Shown here: piece by piece, positions 12,701 through 24,680 of the stretch | Position numbering within the stretch: the first letter of the stretch is position 1 | Layout of the letters: every line of letters starts with the position of its first letter | Assembly: GCA_013265495.1 (NCBI GenBank) | Contig: MU057947.1 | Coordinates: 506,048 to 570,047, forward strand | Source: Vicugna vicugna | Taxonomy: Eukaryota | Direction of reading: 5' to 3' | Length of the DNA stretch: 64,000 nucleotides | Made by a program: the position numbers and the translations under genes | The notes under the pieces: model-generated | The model's database searches: none | The model's input: the letters and a program-made list of their open reading frames with translations, nothing else | Told to the model about the DNA's origin: nothing

Positions 12701-14122
12701 CTACAGGAGAAAAACATCTGGAGGGACAGCTGGATGAGGGAGCCGATCAAGAAGAAGCACCCAGAAACCTGAAGACGAGCAGGACGGGGAGGACGGATGG
12801 GGAGGCCGAGGACCGGGCACTGTGTCCACGCTGCTTTGGCGCATCTTTTCCCCGCAGTGTCGGGCTCTGGGGAGGTATAATGCCAACTCGAGTTTCGCTC
12901 AAGCTCTGCAGCGGGGGTTCCTGGGCACCTGGCCTTTCCTGAGACCAGCGTCTCGCTGCCGGTGACTTTGAGCTTTGACTCTGGAGGCTGGGGCTGTGCT
13001 CACAGTCACCCTGGCCAGGTCTGCCCTGGAAGTGGCTCTGTCCAGAATCGAGATGGACCGAGCGGAACGCAGGTGTGCTGTGCCTCGTGCTCTGAGAGGG
13101 GGTCCGAGTGCCCCTCATCCTTGGTCAGTCCTGGGCACTTTATGCCGGGGCCAGGCGCTGTCTCCCCAGAATCTCTGTTCACCTCGTTGGCGAACTCTAC
13201 CGTTTCCCTGCAGGTTGGGCCCCAGTCATGGTTCCGACTGCCAGGAGTTGAGAAAGGCGCTCTCCGCCGACCTTCTGTGTCTTGGCCTCATCAGTGCTGA
13301 CGGCTCTGAGGCTCTTCCCCTCTTCTGTTACCAGGACTCCTCTAGTGTCACTTAGCGTTTCTCTACGAGCCCCGGTGTGCCTCTTTATAAGCATTTCTGT
13401 GACACGCCCCCTGGTCTGTTCTGCACACACGCGCGTGCACACAAATACTTTTTAAATAAAAAGGCTGACATTCTATGCTAAGGGCACCTGCGGATTCAGA
13501 GTGGTTCTGCAGGAGGACGCCGGTCCTCTCAGACGGGCACTGACTTCAGCTTTTGGCATCACGTGTTGTGTGCAGGGGGGACTCTGGTTCTGTCTCTCTG
13601 ATTGTTCCTGATGGAATCCCTGTTGTTACTTTGAAAGCTGCTTCTCCCGTTCCGTCTTCAGAAAGTTGGCCTCCCCAACCTCACCAACCAGCACGAGTGA
13701 AGCTTCAGGAAAGGCCCTCACTTGACAGCGCCCCTCGCGGGAGGGACGCGGGGACTGTTCACCCTTCTGAGTGAGCGGCGCTCGGAACCTGCAGCGGGTG
13801 GAGCAGACACTTCCTCCCGCAGACATCTCCACCCGGAGCCCACGCTGTCCGGTGGGGGAGCTGTGTTGCTGGGGGGCAGCCCCCACTCCAGCCGAGGGTC
13901 AGGGCGGGATTGCCAGCCAGGAGTTTCCGCACGCAGACTCCGCGCGTTCCAACCACAGTTTCTGCAGGGTGTTCAGACGGCCTGGAAGTGCGCTGTCAGC
14001 AGTTCTACAGGGGCGCAGTTACTTCATGAGGAGAAACCCCTTTAAGACTTAACTCATCACAGCGGGAAAGTGCGCGCTTCGGGCTGTGCTGCTTCAGGTG
14101 TTTGCTGCTCAGAAGGATGCCC

Positions 14123-14180
14123 TGTGTGTAGTGTGTGTGTGTCTGTGTTCCATATATGCGTGTGCGTGTGTGTATAAGTG
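14123..14180. repeat. Degenerate (TG)n microsatellite
   Basis: tgtgtgtagtgtgtgtgtgtctgtg...tgcgtgtgcgtgtgtgta. Confidence 0.75.
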
Positions 14181-16651
14181 CGTTCTAGACATTTCTCTTC
14201 TGCTGCTTTAATGTTGCGTCCACTAAAAATACATCCCTGTAAGCCTAGGGGAAATGAAATTGCTGTTCCATCACAGACACCCCAGGAGTAGGCCCCCCAA
14301 AATGCGGTTTTTCTCTCAAATTCGTCTGGAAAAACACTTAGCTTTCTGATCTGTGTTTATCCGGTTCAGGGCTCTGTTAGGAAGAGTTACTGTGTAACTG
14401 AGCACTGTTTTTATTAAAAAGAACTGGGCTGCTTATTTCCTTCAAAGTTTCTGGAGTGTTTAAATCTTCTTTAGGTAAACAAAACTTTAATTGAAAATAA
14501 TATTTTGAGAGGAACACCTTGGTCACCACAAGTAGTGCTGACAGCCCTCTTCTGGTCCTGCAGGCAGTCTGGTCTCACGTGTGACTCCTGGGCATCTGTG
14601 GGGGGCCTGTGGGGGGTGGCGGGTGGGCGAGGGGCAGGAGGGCGGCACTTATCTGCAGCTCCCGGGGGTGTTGCGGGCGGAGATGGGACCTGACACAGGG
14701 CCATGACCGTGGAGGGGCCGGGTCTGGATGGCAGCGTGTTGTGGCGTGCGGCGGACACCCACAGGTGGCCTGTGGCTGTGTCTGTCCCTGGACAAGGAGA
14801 GCGGGGCAGGGCAGGCCCTCCTGCCTCTAAGTCCCAGCCGGCGTGCAGGCCCGTCCTCCCCGGCCCAGGCTCCGTGGGCCTGTCTCTGTGTGCTCTGGCT
14901 TCCATCGGTTTGCACACCAGCAAACTTTTCAGGAAACTGAGGAAATGCTGAGATCTGCTTCAGTCACTAAGAATTGTGCAGGCAAATGACGAGGGTCTGA
15001 CTGACAGACCTTGCCACACTCTGAGCGCCTCTCCGCACATCACTCTTGGAATTTCCTGGGTCCCTGGATGGTCCAAACTGTGAGGCCCCTTGGGCAGCAT
15101 CTGGGCCAGCCCGTTACTCCCCAGAGACAGAAAGCAGAGTCCAGGGACTGAATGTTGCCGGGGCCCCCATGGCTAGAGGCCCCTCGTTCGAGGCTCCTGC
15201 TGTCTCCGAGGGCTCCTTCGGGGTGGCTGGCCATCCCTTATTCGCCGCGCATGTTGCTGGCCCATCAGCTAGGGTCTGAGCCTCGGCCGGCCTGCCTTCG
15301 GCAGTGGTGGGGTTTGGAGGGTCATCTGCGAGCTTCATGAGCTCTGAGTGGAGCTGACCGGTGAGAGCGGGCAGCAGACCCGGGCGGAAGGATGGGGCGC
15401 TTGGTGCTGGAGCACCGAGCCCCCTGGGAGGGGGAACCCAGGGTGGGGAGGAGGCAGGGCAGACATGGTCCCTTCTTCCACAGCCCACAAGAACGGGATG
15501 GAGGCGGAGCACAGACTGCGCGTGGCCGGCCTTGGGCTCGGACCTGCCGCCTCCCGCTCTTTGCTGTGGTGCTTTCATTGCAAAGAGTGGGAAACTGCAG
15601 CTCGCTGAAATTCTGTTAGAATTCCTTCATTTACCAAATTGGCAAGTATGTCGAGGGAAGAGAGGAGTGTCTTACACTCTCAGCGTGTCCTGCCCCGAGC
15701 CACTCCTCCTGTCCTATGGACACAGTGTTAGTACGAAGACTGGGTTCTGCCTGTGACTTCTGTCCCCACTTCATCAGCTCCCTAACTCCACACCTTCCTC
15801 TCCTTCACTCTGTCACGCCAGCTCTGGGGATCCCTGATCAAAGGGATAGGTGATCATGTGATACCTTGTTTTTTGCATCTGAGTTTTCGAGAGCTCTCCA
15901 GATTTTTATTGCCTAAAGTTCCATATGCCGGAGACATAATACCGTCAGCTGTAAACTGCCTTCTGGAGAAGAAACTGACAAACAACTTTGTAATTGCATT
16001 TCTAGCCTTCATATCTGAGGGCCAGCAGCATGTTCAAGATTTATGGAGTTCCTGAATTTAAACTGTAAGCAATAAAAGTTTCTCAAGGTGGGTCCCCATC
16101 TGCATCTATTATTACAAACCCCATCAGGTTACTTTAGCATATGACATGTTAATAGTTTTTTTCTTCCTTTTACTTTTTGACAAATTATGTCTAAGGAAAT
16201 GAGTTAGCCTGCATGGAAAGTTATCTGTGTTTGCAAACTTGAACAGTTTTGCTGGTTAAGCAGTCTAGGGATGATAAACTTTTTTGTCAAAGTATGACTT
16301 GGGTGCTGCGTTAAAAAGAATCACAGCTCATGGGAGAGGTTCATTGTAAAGGATGCCGCTGCACCTCTGCCCGGGTGCTGTGGGAGCTGGCAGAGCTAAA
16401 ATATGTATCCACTTCTTAAGATGCATCTTCAGTTTATTTCCCTGATACGGAGGAGCAGAGGTATGAGCCAGAGAAAAGTGGGCATCATTTTGTCCAGAGG
16501 ATTAGCAGGACTGACCGGCTGACTGGCTGACCACTTCATTGGATGGTTAGCCCTCAGGCGACAGTGGAGTCACAGGCTTGTAGCTGGGGAGGGAAAGAAA
16601 TCCCCTTTTGTGCCTGAATAATCAATACTGTTTTGACCCAACTACTGCTTC

Positions 16652-16870
16652 TTCTGTAAAATATACATAACATAAAATTCACCATTTTCACCATTTTTAA
16701 GTGTACAGGTCCATGGCGTTAAATACATTACATTGCTTTACAACCGTCACCTCCATCCCATTTGAGAACTGTGTTCATCTTCCTGACACAGCTCTGTGCC
16801 ATCAAACAGTAACACCCCGTGGGCTCCGAGCCCAGCCTGGTCGCCAGCAGCCCGCTTCTGTCTCTGCCGG
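16652..16870 (-). mobile_element. L1MA/L1MB-type 3' end fragment
   Basis: aaaatatacataacataaaattcaccattttcaccatttttaagtgtacag is a typical reversed old L1 3' terminus. Confidence 0.8.
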
Positions 16871-19800
16871 CACTTCTCTGACACCCAGAGCTGCTGGGTG
16901 CCCCCAGACCAGGAGACGCCTGTCTGATGGCCCCGTCCGCCCCCGCAGATGCTAGCAAGCTGCCTTGGCTCCGACAGCAGGCAGCTCAGGGCTGCAGTGC
17001 AGGGGCAGGGAGTGCTGCCTGGTGGCTCCCCGTCCGGGAGTGTGGGGGCTGCTGGACCAGCATGGCCAGACTTTGCTGCCTGGTGGGGAAGAACCCAGGA
17101 GAAATGCAAGGTTGTGGGGAGGTCTTGCTGATAAAAACAGGACCCCAGGACACAGAAACTGCACCGTGAGGCAGAGCACCTGTGAAGGCAGAAAGGCACC
17201 ATCCAAAGGCGAGTGTTGAAAGGACGCTGGACTGGCCCGGGGCTTTGTGCGTCTGGTCCTGCCTGTGATGCTGTCGGCTTTTTCCGGAGAGGAGGTGGCG
17301 GAGGGTTGGCAGGGAAGACCACAGACACGGGTGGGGGGATGCAGGCCCCCTGGTTCTGCCACCACTCCCCCTGGGACCCCCCAGCTGCTAATTCTCGGTG
17401 GATCTGGGCTGCCCTTGAATTTGTAATTTCACAGTTTCCAGGGCCTTTTCTGCACCCTGACTTTAAATCTATACGTTTCTGAGGTGCTTTCACCTGCAAC
17501 GTTAACTCTTTCGTCTCTGTCTTTAGTTAATGGGCTGTTACTACTGGTGCAGGAACAGAACCAGAGCATCAGTCAAGCACGGGGAGATCTGTGCTGGACG
17601 TACCTCATGTGCCGTAGAGGAAGCTGCAAGTCAGCGTGCGGCTGGGGGCCCAGCCTGCTCCCGCCAGGGCAGCTTCCCCTCATAGGCCCCACCGCTGTCC
17701 TCCGGAGTGGCCGGGCTCTGAATCACAGAGGGGTCGGCGCCTGCATGTGCTTTCGACCCTGCCTTGGAGTCCAGGTGCTTTACTGAAGTGAGAGGTTTCA
17801 GTGCTGTCTGTGGGGCTGATGATCAGGTTTATAGTCGCGAAGCCAGAGTAAGAGGAACCCCATTGTTATGTCGCCAGTAGCTGCTACAGTGACCCTGGTC
17901 ATGGGTGAGTTAGTGATGAGGGGACGCTGGGCCCAGGAGGGCAGCTTGGTGAGGGTCTGGGCAGGGCTCCCCTCTCCCTGGACACTCTGGGAGGCCCGGA
18001 CCCGCCGCAGCGAGAGGCGGGCTTGGCCGTGTGACTTCTGTGGCCCGAGCTGCTGGAATAGAGACCAAGCACAGCCCGTTGGTGGCTTCTGCTGCTGTCT
18101 TCACCGTGAAGAGAATGTGCCCCGGACCGTCCTCTGCTCCCAGAATGTGACATACGGTGAGCAGCACAGGCCCGCACCCCCGGGAGCGCGGGTCCGGGCC
18201 AGCTGTCTGTCCACATCGCAGAGGCGCAGCGGGTCGGGTGTTGCTGTGGGGGGTCACCGGGGCCCCTGGAGTTGCCTCGGGCCCGGCAGTGCACACCCTG
18301 TGTGTGTGGGCCTCGGGGAGGGGTGCGGATCCTGTTTATTTCTCCGAGGGGAGAGGGTTCCCACACACGCCCGGGAAAGGGAGCCGTATGAGAAGGGGAA
18401 ACGTGGGCCCGTCCTTGTTGAGGTCGGCCGGTCCCACGTGTGGATTCCGGGCAGGTGTTTGGTGCGCCTTGAGCTAGTCCGGGCTCACTCGTGAGCTGGC
18501 GATGCTTGGCTGTGCAGTGTGCCAGGCGGCGTCTCCCCCAGTCAGGGGGCCGGCTCCGTGTTCACGGAGAGCTCTGCCTCGGGAGTGTGTCTCCCGCCCG
18601 CCCCCCGCGGACGCCCCGTGCCGGTCTTGCGAAGGCTGCCCTCAGGTGAGTCGCGGCCCCGCGGGGTCACTGGAGGAAGGCGTCCGCCGAGGGCCTGCAG
18701 CACGGGCACCAAGATCCAAAGGCCTGGAAGTCACCTCCACTCCACAGTCTTCCCAGAAGGTGGTTCTGTATTTTCCACAGATACATAACTTTCAGTGTTT
18801 TTCCTGGCATTGTCATTAATGTATGTAAAAATATTAAAAGCCCTTGTATATTACACCAAAAACTATGTCAGCTGCTGTGCTTTTTTCTATTTATTAAAAC
18901 TTTTCAAGCAGTGAAAACATTTTACTTGTTAATGAGGGAAAGTGGGAAAATTAATGACATAGAGCTCGGATCCACCAAGACGTCTCCTCTTAACCACGCA
19001 AGGCGGCTCGCTCCCCGCCGCACACGCTTTAATTTCCAGGACAGGGTTCAGCGGGCAGATGCAAATGGATTTAATGATTTGCATCAGTAGATCATTTCTC
19101 AGTTTAATATCCTCTGATATTTGGGGTCAAGGACTCTTTCCTTGGGAGGACGGTACAATTTCTAGAGCTAAAATTATTAACGTTAGTAATAATACATGAC
19201 GTTCAAGTGAATGGAGATGAACGGGTCCCTGTCACAGAGGCAGGTGTACACAGGGCTTCTGCTCACTGTGGGTGGTGAGGTCGCTGGGGGGGCAGGTGGG
19301 TTTCCTCCCCCGGGGGCTCTAAGCTGGGTGACACCTGAGAGCCATGGTTGTCTCCTCTCATTTCCACACATGGGGTCAGCCTCTGGGCCCACGAGGCACA
19401 CAGTACATCTTTGTCAAGTCAGTTCAAGAAAGAAATGAAATCAGAACCCTGTTCACTGCGCATCCACCGAGTCTTTCTGTGTCAAGTCAGCAGAGCCTGG
19501 TGCTGGATTGATGCAGAGACACGAGCCTGTCCTCCAGGAACTTTGCCAGGGAGGCAGCGGTGTCGATGAGTAACCACATGGGGCACAGAGGGAGCAACAG
19601 AAATATACAAAAGGCACAGAAGAATGATGGAGAAGCTCTGGAATCAAAGCACGAGGGAAGGTTTCACGGGGAGGAGGCAGATGATCTCGTGATTTCCCTG
19701 CTTCAAAGGCCACCTTCCTTCTTGGCCCCTTAGAAAGGCTGAGTGCCCGGTGCTGGCTCACCTGACCTTGCTGTGGTGGGGAGTGTGCTGCCCGCTGGAT

Positions 19801-20254
19801 TGCTCCTGGTAAAGACCTGTCCTCCCTGACACTGAGAGCAGGGTGAGGAAGACTCCCTCTCCTCCATCTTTGAACACAGCTGTGTGAAGAAGTGTGATTG
19901 CAGGAGCTGGGCAGCTGTTCTGTAACCATGAGGAAATTTCGAAAGGCAGTTTGTTATCAGTAAGAGGGATGGGAATGGGGCCTCGATGTCCCGGCCTCCA
20001 GCTGACTTTCCTCAGAACGCCTGTGCCCCGAACCATGACCACACCACGTGTGCCACAGCCATGAGCAACCACAGATGGTGAGCTTGAAACGTTTTCATAT
20101 GCAAAACTGAGGCTTATTTTAGCAAATGAATAAAAATGTAAAGGAAATAAAAATCACTGATAGTTCTGTGACTCAGAAGTATGTTATTAATATTTTAGTA
20201 TAATTCTTTCTAGCTTTTTCACCAATGTGTTTAAAATCAATTATTTTACTTTGT

Positions 20255-20352
20255 AATTTTTATTTTTTTATTGAAGTACCGTCACTTACAGTGTGTTTGT
20301 TATTCCTGATGTACAGCACCATGTCCCATCATGCATATATGTACATATGTTT
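20255..20352 (-). mobile_element. Short L1 3' terminus inside an older L1M-like segment (about 20100-20560)
   Basis: T-rich tail followed by ttgaagtaccgtcacttacagtgtg...tgtacagcac, similar to the L1 end at 50861-51236. Confidence 0.65.
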
Positions 20353-20814
20353 ATAAAATCAGTTTATATTCTACTTTTCAAATTTAACCTTACGTCATGA
20401 GCATTTTATCATGTTATTGAATGCTGTTTTTAAAGAAGGAGCTTTTAAGGGTCTGTGTTGAATGGGGACGCCGTAATCGTGACTCCCTCGTCCTGGTGAC
20501 TGTACAGGTGGTTTGTGAGCTGTCACTGGGCTGCCGTCAGGTGAGCATCCTTGTGAACCTGGGGACCATTTCTTTAAGCCTTCTGACTTCTTTCCCTGTG
20601 GCTCCTGCCCCTGTGACGCCCTTTCTCCCCGGCACAGCCACTTCTGAAACCAAACGTGTTCATGTGACCCCCTTAAAGGGGTGTGCTTTAGGACGAGAAA
20701 GCATTTGCATGGACTCTCCTGGCCCCTCAGTCCTTGCTTTTTGACCGCTGAACTCCAGACTCCAGCTGGACTGACCCACAGTCCTTATGTGTATACTGAG
20801 CGACCCCGATCTGG

Positions 20815-21030
20815 CGTGGTGCCAAGCAGGGGTCAGACCGCTGCCTCTGGAGCCAGATGCTGGGTTTGAGCCAGAGTTCCACCACCTACTTCTCTGCCCT
20901 GTGCCTCGTTCCCAGGTATACATGGGGCAGGATGGTACCTGTCACAGGGGTTCTGGAGGATTGAATGAGCTGATCTGTAGGAAGTTCTTAGAACAGCGCC
21001 CACTCCGGAGTACGCTGCTTCTGGTGGTGA
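20815..21030 (+). mobile_element. MIR SINE
   Basis: ctctggagccagatgctgggtttgag...caggggttctggaggattgaatgagctgat...cttagaacagcgcc. Confidence 0.75.
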
Positions 21031-21199
21031 CGATGACGAAGGTGTTACTGCTTCCTGAAATGGCCGTGGGTGCCAGTATCGCTCCCTCCTCCCCTCCTTC
21101 CTGCCCCGCCTCTCCTGACTCTCACACTGCGCAGCCGTCTCTCTGCTCCAGGCTTGCCTTGGACTCCTCCTTCCCCCTCTTCCAGTGCTTTGAACTGAC

Positions 21200-21360
21200 T
21201 GTGCTGTCCTGGTCACACTTCCTTGTCGTTACCCCCTCCGCTGGCTGTGTCTTCAGGGCTCCGAGTCCAGAGGGCAAGGACCACGTCTGTCCTGCCTCCT
21301 AACTCTGGTGCCCTCAGTGCCAGCCCAGGGGGCACCTGAAACATCTGTTTTTGAGCTGGA
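21200..21360 (+). mobile_element. L2 3' end fragment
   Basis: gagggcaaggaccacgtctgtc...cagtgccagcccag...aaacatctgtttttga. Confidence 0.55.
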
Positions 21361-21974
21361 ACCACAGAAGGACTGGGGACTGGAATATCAACGCACTCCG
21401 TAAAGAGCGACGTGGTTACCGAGGTTGGAGGGGAACACAAGCATGATGCTCAGGTTTATTTCGGCTGGCCACCAGAACCTTGGCCAGACGTTCACCTTGG
21501 CCCACAGGCCATGATGGAATTGAAGGTGGTCTTTTCTAAGAATCCTGCCTGAGATACTGCCCAACTTGGGTAAATGTCATAGTACACGGAGCCCCAGGCT
21601 GTTTACTCGGGGTTGTCCCCTTGTCCTCCAAGCGCCTCCAGAGCAAGTGGGGACCGTGCCCGGCGTCCAGGAAGCCCACGCGGTTGGCTGGACCTCTCGG
21701 AATGGGGCAGGCTCTGGGCGGCCCTGGAAAGGCCCTTCTGCTTGGCTTTCTCTTCAGAAGCAATAATCAACTGGTAAACAGCGGTTTTCAAGCAGCCTTT
21801 ATTCTCTTAAGTATTCTCTCGCCCAGAGTCTGCACTTCTGTGACTGCCTTGCCTCGGACTGTGAGGGGCTGGCGGGGTTTTGTGTCGTGGTCTGCACTGA
21901 TCTGTGAACCGAGGCCGAGCAGCGTTCTACTCAGTCACCTTAGCGTCAGCCCCGTGGGTCTTGGAGAGGGTGCT

Positions 21975-22281
21975 TGTTGTGGACTGTGTCCCCGCGTTCA
22001 CCTGTTGAGGCACGAACCCCCAGTCCCTCAGAGCGTGCCTGCATTTGGACAGAGGGCCGTTACAGAGGTGCTGAGTGGGCCCCGCTCCAGTATCCCGGTG
22101 TCCTCGTGGGAAGGGGAAGTGAGGGCAGGGGCCCAGAGGGAGGACCACGTGAAGACACCTGACTGTCGGCCAGGGAGGGAGGCCTCGAAGGAGCCAGCCC
22201 TGCAACACCTTGACCTCAGACCTCTGCCCCAGAGTTAGCAGCCGTCTGCGGTTCTTTGCTGTGGCCACCCTAGCAAGCAGG
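21975..22281 (+). mobile_element. MaLR solo LTR, MLT1B-like
   Basis: Starts tgttgtggactgtgtcccc. Contains aacccccagtccctcagagcgtg, gaccacgtgaagacac and cagccctgcaacaccttgacctcagac. Ends near gccaccctagcaag. Confidence 0.8.
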
Positions 22282-24214
22282 TGACCGTGCATCATCGTGT
22301 AAGTAGCTTCCTTTCTCATTGCTGTGGACGTGCCACTGATGGAGAAGTTGTCATCCCTGGTCCGTCATGTCCTGAACAGCACCGCTGTCGGCAGGGTCAC
22401 GGTGGGTGAGCCGGCGTCTCAGGACACGAGGAATTAAGGACAGGGAGTCGCATGGCGTTATATGGAGCAGAAAAGCAAAGCTGGAGGAGGCGTCCTCATC
22501 TTAAAGCGAAGGCTTTTTTTAGAGCAGCAGAACTGAGGGGAAGGCGCCAAGATGTCGCACACACCCCCTGCCCCACGTGTGTGCAGCCTCCCCCGTCATT
22601 GGCACCCCGCCAGAGTGGTCCACGTGGGTCAGTCAACCCACATGGACAGCTCGTGGTCACCCAGAGTCCAGAGTGTGTCACTTTCCGAAGGCATCTATTC
22701 TTTAAGCAAATCAGATTCAGCAATGATAAAACATGGCTCTGGTGTCACATTTGTCTTGAATCGTGTGCATTTTTCCACAAAATACTTGTGTGCCTTCGTG
22801 AACCAGTGAGGCAGGCTCTCCCTCGGCTTCTGTGAACCGGACTGGAGAGTCTGTGAGCCGCCCTCCCTAGAAAGGAGCCTAATGACATTTCAGGTTCCAG
22901 GCATCTGCAGAACACGTGGGTGATGCCTCCTGCTGTTTCTAAACCATTTTTTCCTGGGCCCGGTGTCCTGTTTTCTGTGTTTGGCACTGTCTCACCTGAC
23001 CCTATGAACGCGTGGTCCCTGGAGTCGGGGGAGGGCAGTGGATAGTCTGAATTTTCCATCATCCAAATGCAGTGGCAGCTTCGTGATCGAATCAGAAAAT
23101 CTGCTCTAATGAACAAGCCAGTGGAAACGATTTCAGATGTGTCATCGCACACACAATGCACCTTTGTGTCCTCACTGCCCTCTGAGTAGTGCCTTGTCTC
23201 CCAGTCTCCTTGTTTAAACTGGGGCTTTGTCATCAGCACCTCCCTTCCCACCTTCCCTGAGAGCTTAGCGCATCTTCAGTCTGTGTGAGTGTCTGGGGTC
23301 ACCACCAACTCGGGTCGAATTTTATTGGTATCTTTAGGATCATTGACATTTCCATTTTTGCTTATGTTTCTTCCATGGTGGAAAAAAACCATAATTTGCT
23401 TCTGCCACTGCCCTGTGACCTTGAGAACTGCACACAGAGGAGCTCAACAATGAGTTCACTAAGTGTTAAATAGTTAGGTAATTGGTGTCTTAAATGATAC
23501 AGATTACGCAGGAGTCTTTGAATTTTTGTATAGGTATTTACGAAGTGTTTCAGAGATAATTAGGGAAGTTGGTTAGAATTTTTTACATAGACTAGGAACT
23601 CGTTATTTTGCCCAATTACAGTGATGGAGAAGCCCTTGTAAATTCTGTCAACAACACGTTTTCAGGGTGAATTAGTAGACTTGGAGCGTGAGGAGTGCCT
23701 GGGTTTGTCGTTCTCAGCTTCTTGAAGAAATGAACTAAACTCTGTGTTGTCGTCGTGTCTCAGAATGTTCACTTGCAGCTGGGAAACTGCAGTTGCAGAC
23801 AGACTGGTGGTGTCACCATCATGCAGCATGAAATACAGGATGTATCTTCCAGGGAGGTTGCCCCTGGTTCTGGAAGGTTCTTGACTTCCCCTTGGTACAG
23901 ACTCCAGGAGAGGCTTCCGCCCTTCCTCCGCGTGAGCAGGGAGGCAGCTCAGGCCGCGCAGCAGCGGTGACCTCAGGGCACGGGCTTGGGGGTCTGAGAA
24001 GTTGAAGGCTTACCCATGATTGACACACACAGCTGTGTAGCCCTTTGGCCAGCAGGCCACGCTGAACTTGAAGGTGGTCTTTTCTAAGACCCCTTCCGGA
24101 AACGCTGCCCGTTCTGGGTAAGTGTAGCAGGACCGGGAGCCCTGAGCTTGGTGGACAGTGACAGGACGCAGATGGGAGGGTCTGCGGGTATTTTCCTTTC
24201 ATGGATTTGCGATC

Positions 24215-24680
24215 CTTGCAGACGCGAAGAACATCAGTGTTTCACGGCCCTGCGCCGGGACTTTCGCGTCTGACGGGCTGCGAGGCGTGGCGCTCGCGTC
24301 GGCGTCCCGCGTCCTGCCGCCCTGCACCCCTGCCCGGCGCGGGGCGGGGCTGCTGAGCCGTGGTCGCCGCCCCGCGCGGGACCCCGGCACCTCCCGCTTC
24401 AGGCTGAGTTTCTGTTCTTTCCTGAAAGCGCAGCTGACTCGGAGCCTTGCCCGGAGCGAGTCCGGCCGTTTTTGCCACTTCGCCTTTTCCGGGAACTTTC
24501 TCCTGTTTTCCGTTTCGCTCGACACCCTCCGTCGCGCCCCGTGCGTGGTGCTGGGCTGCGGCTGGGCTGGGCCGGCCCGCGCCCCCACCCCCGTGGCGTT
24601 AGCAGTCATCGCGTTCGGCGCTTGGGATTCGGGTGAGCGGTGTTTGGGCCTCTAGGGTTTTTCACGCAGCGGGCGGCCAG
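24215..24680. promoter_or_regulatory. Intronic CpG island-like segment
   Basis: Very CpG-dense (about 11 CpGs in 24241-24300). Contains a GC box, ggggcggggc, near 24341-24350. Confidence 0.7.
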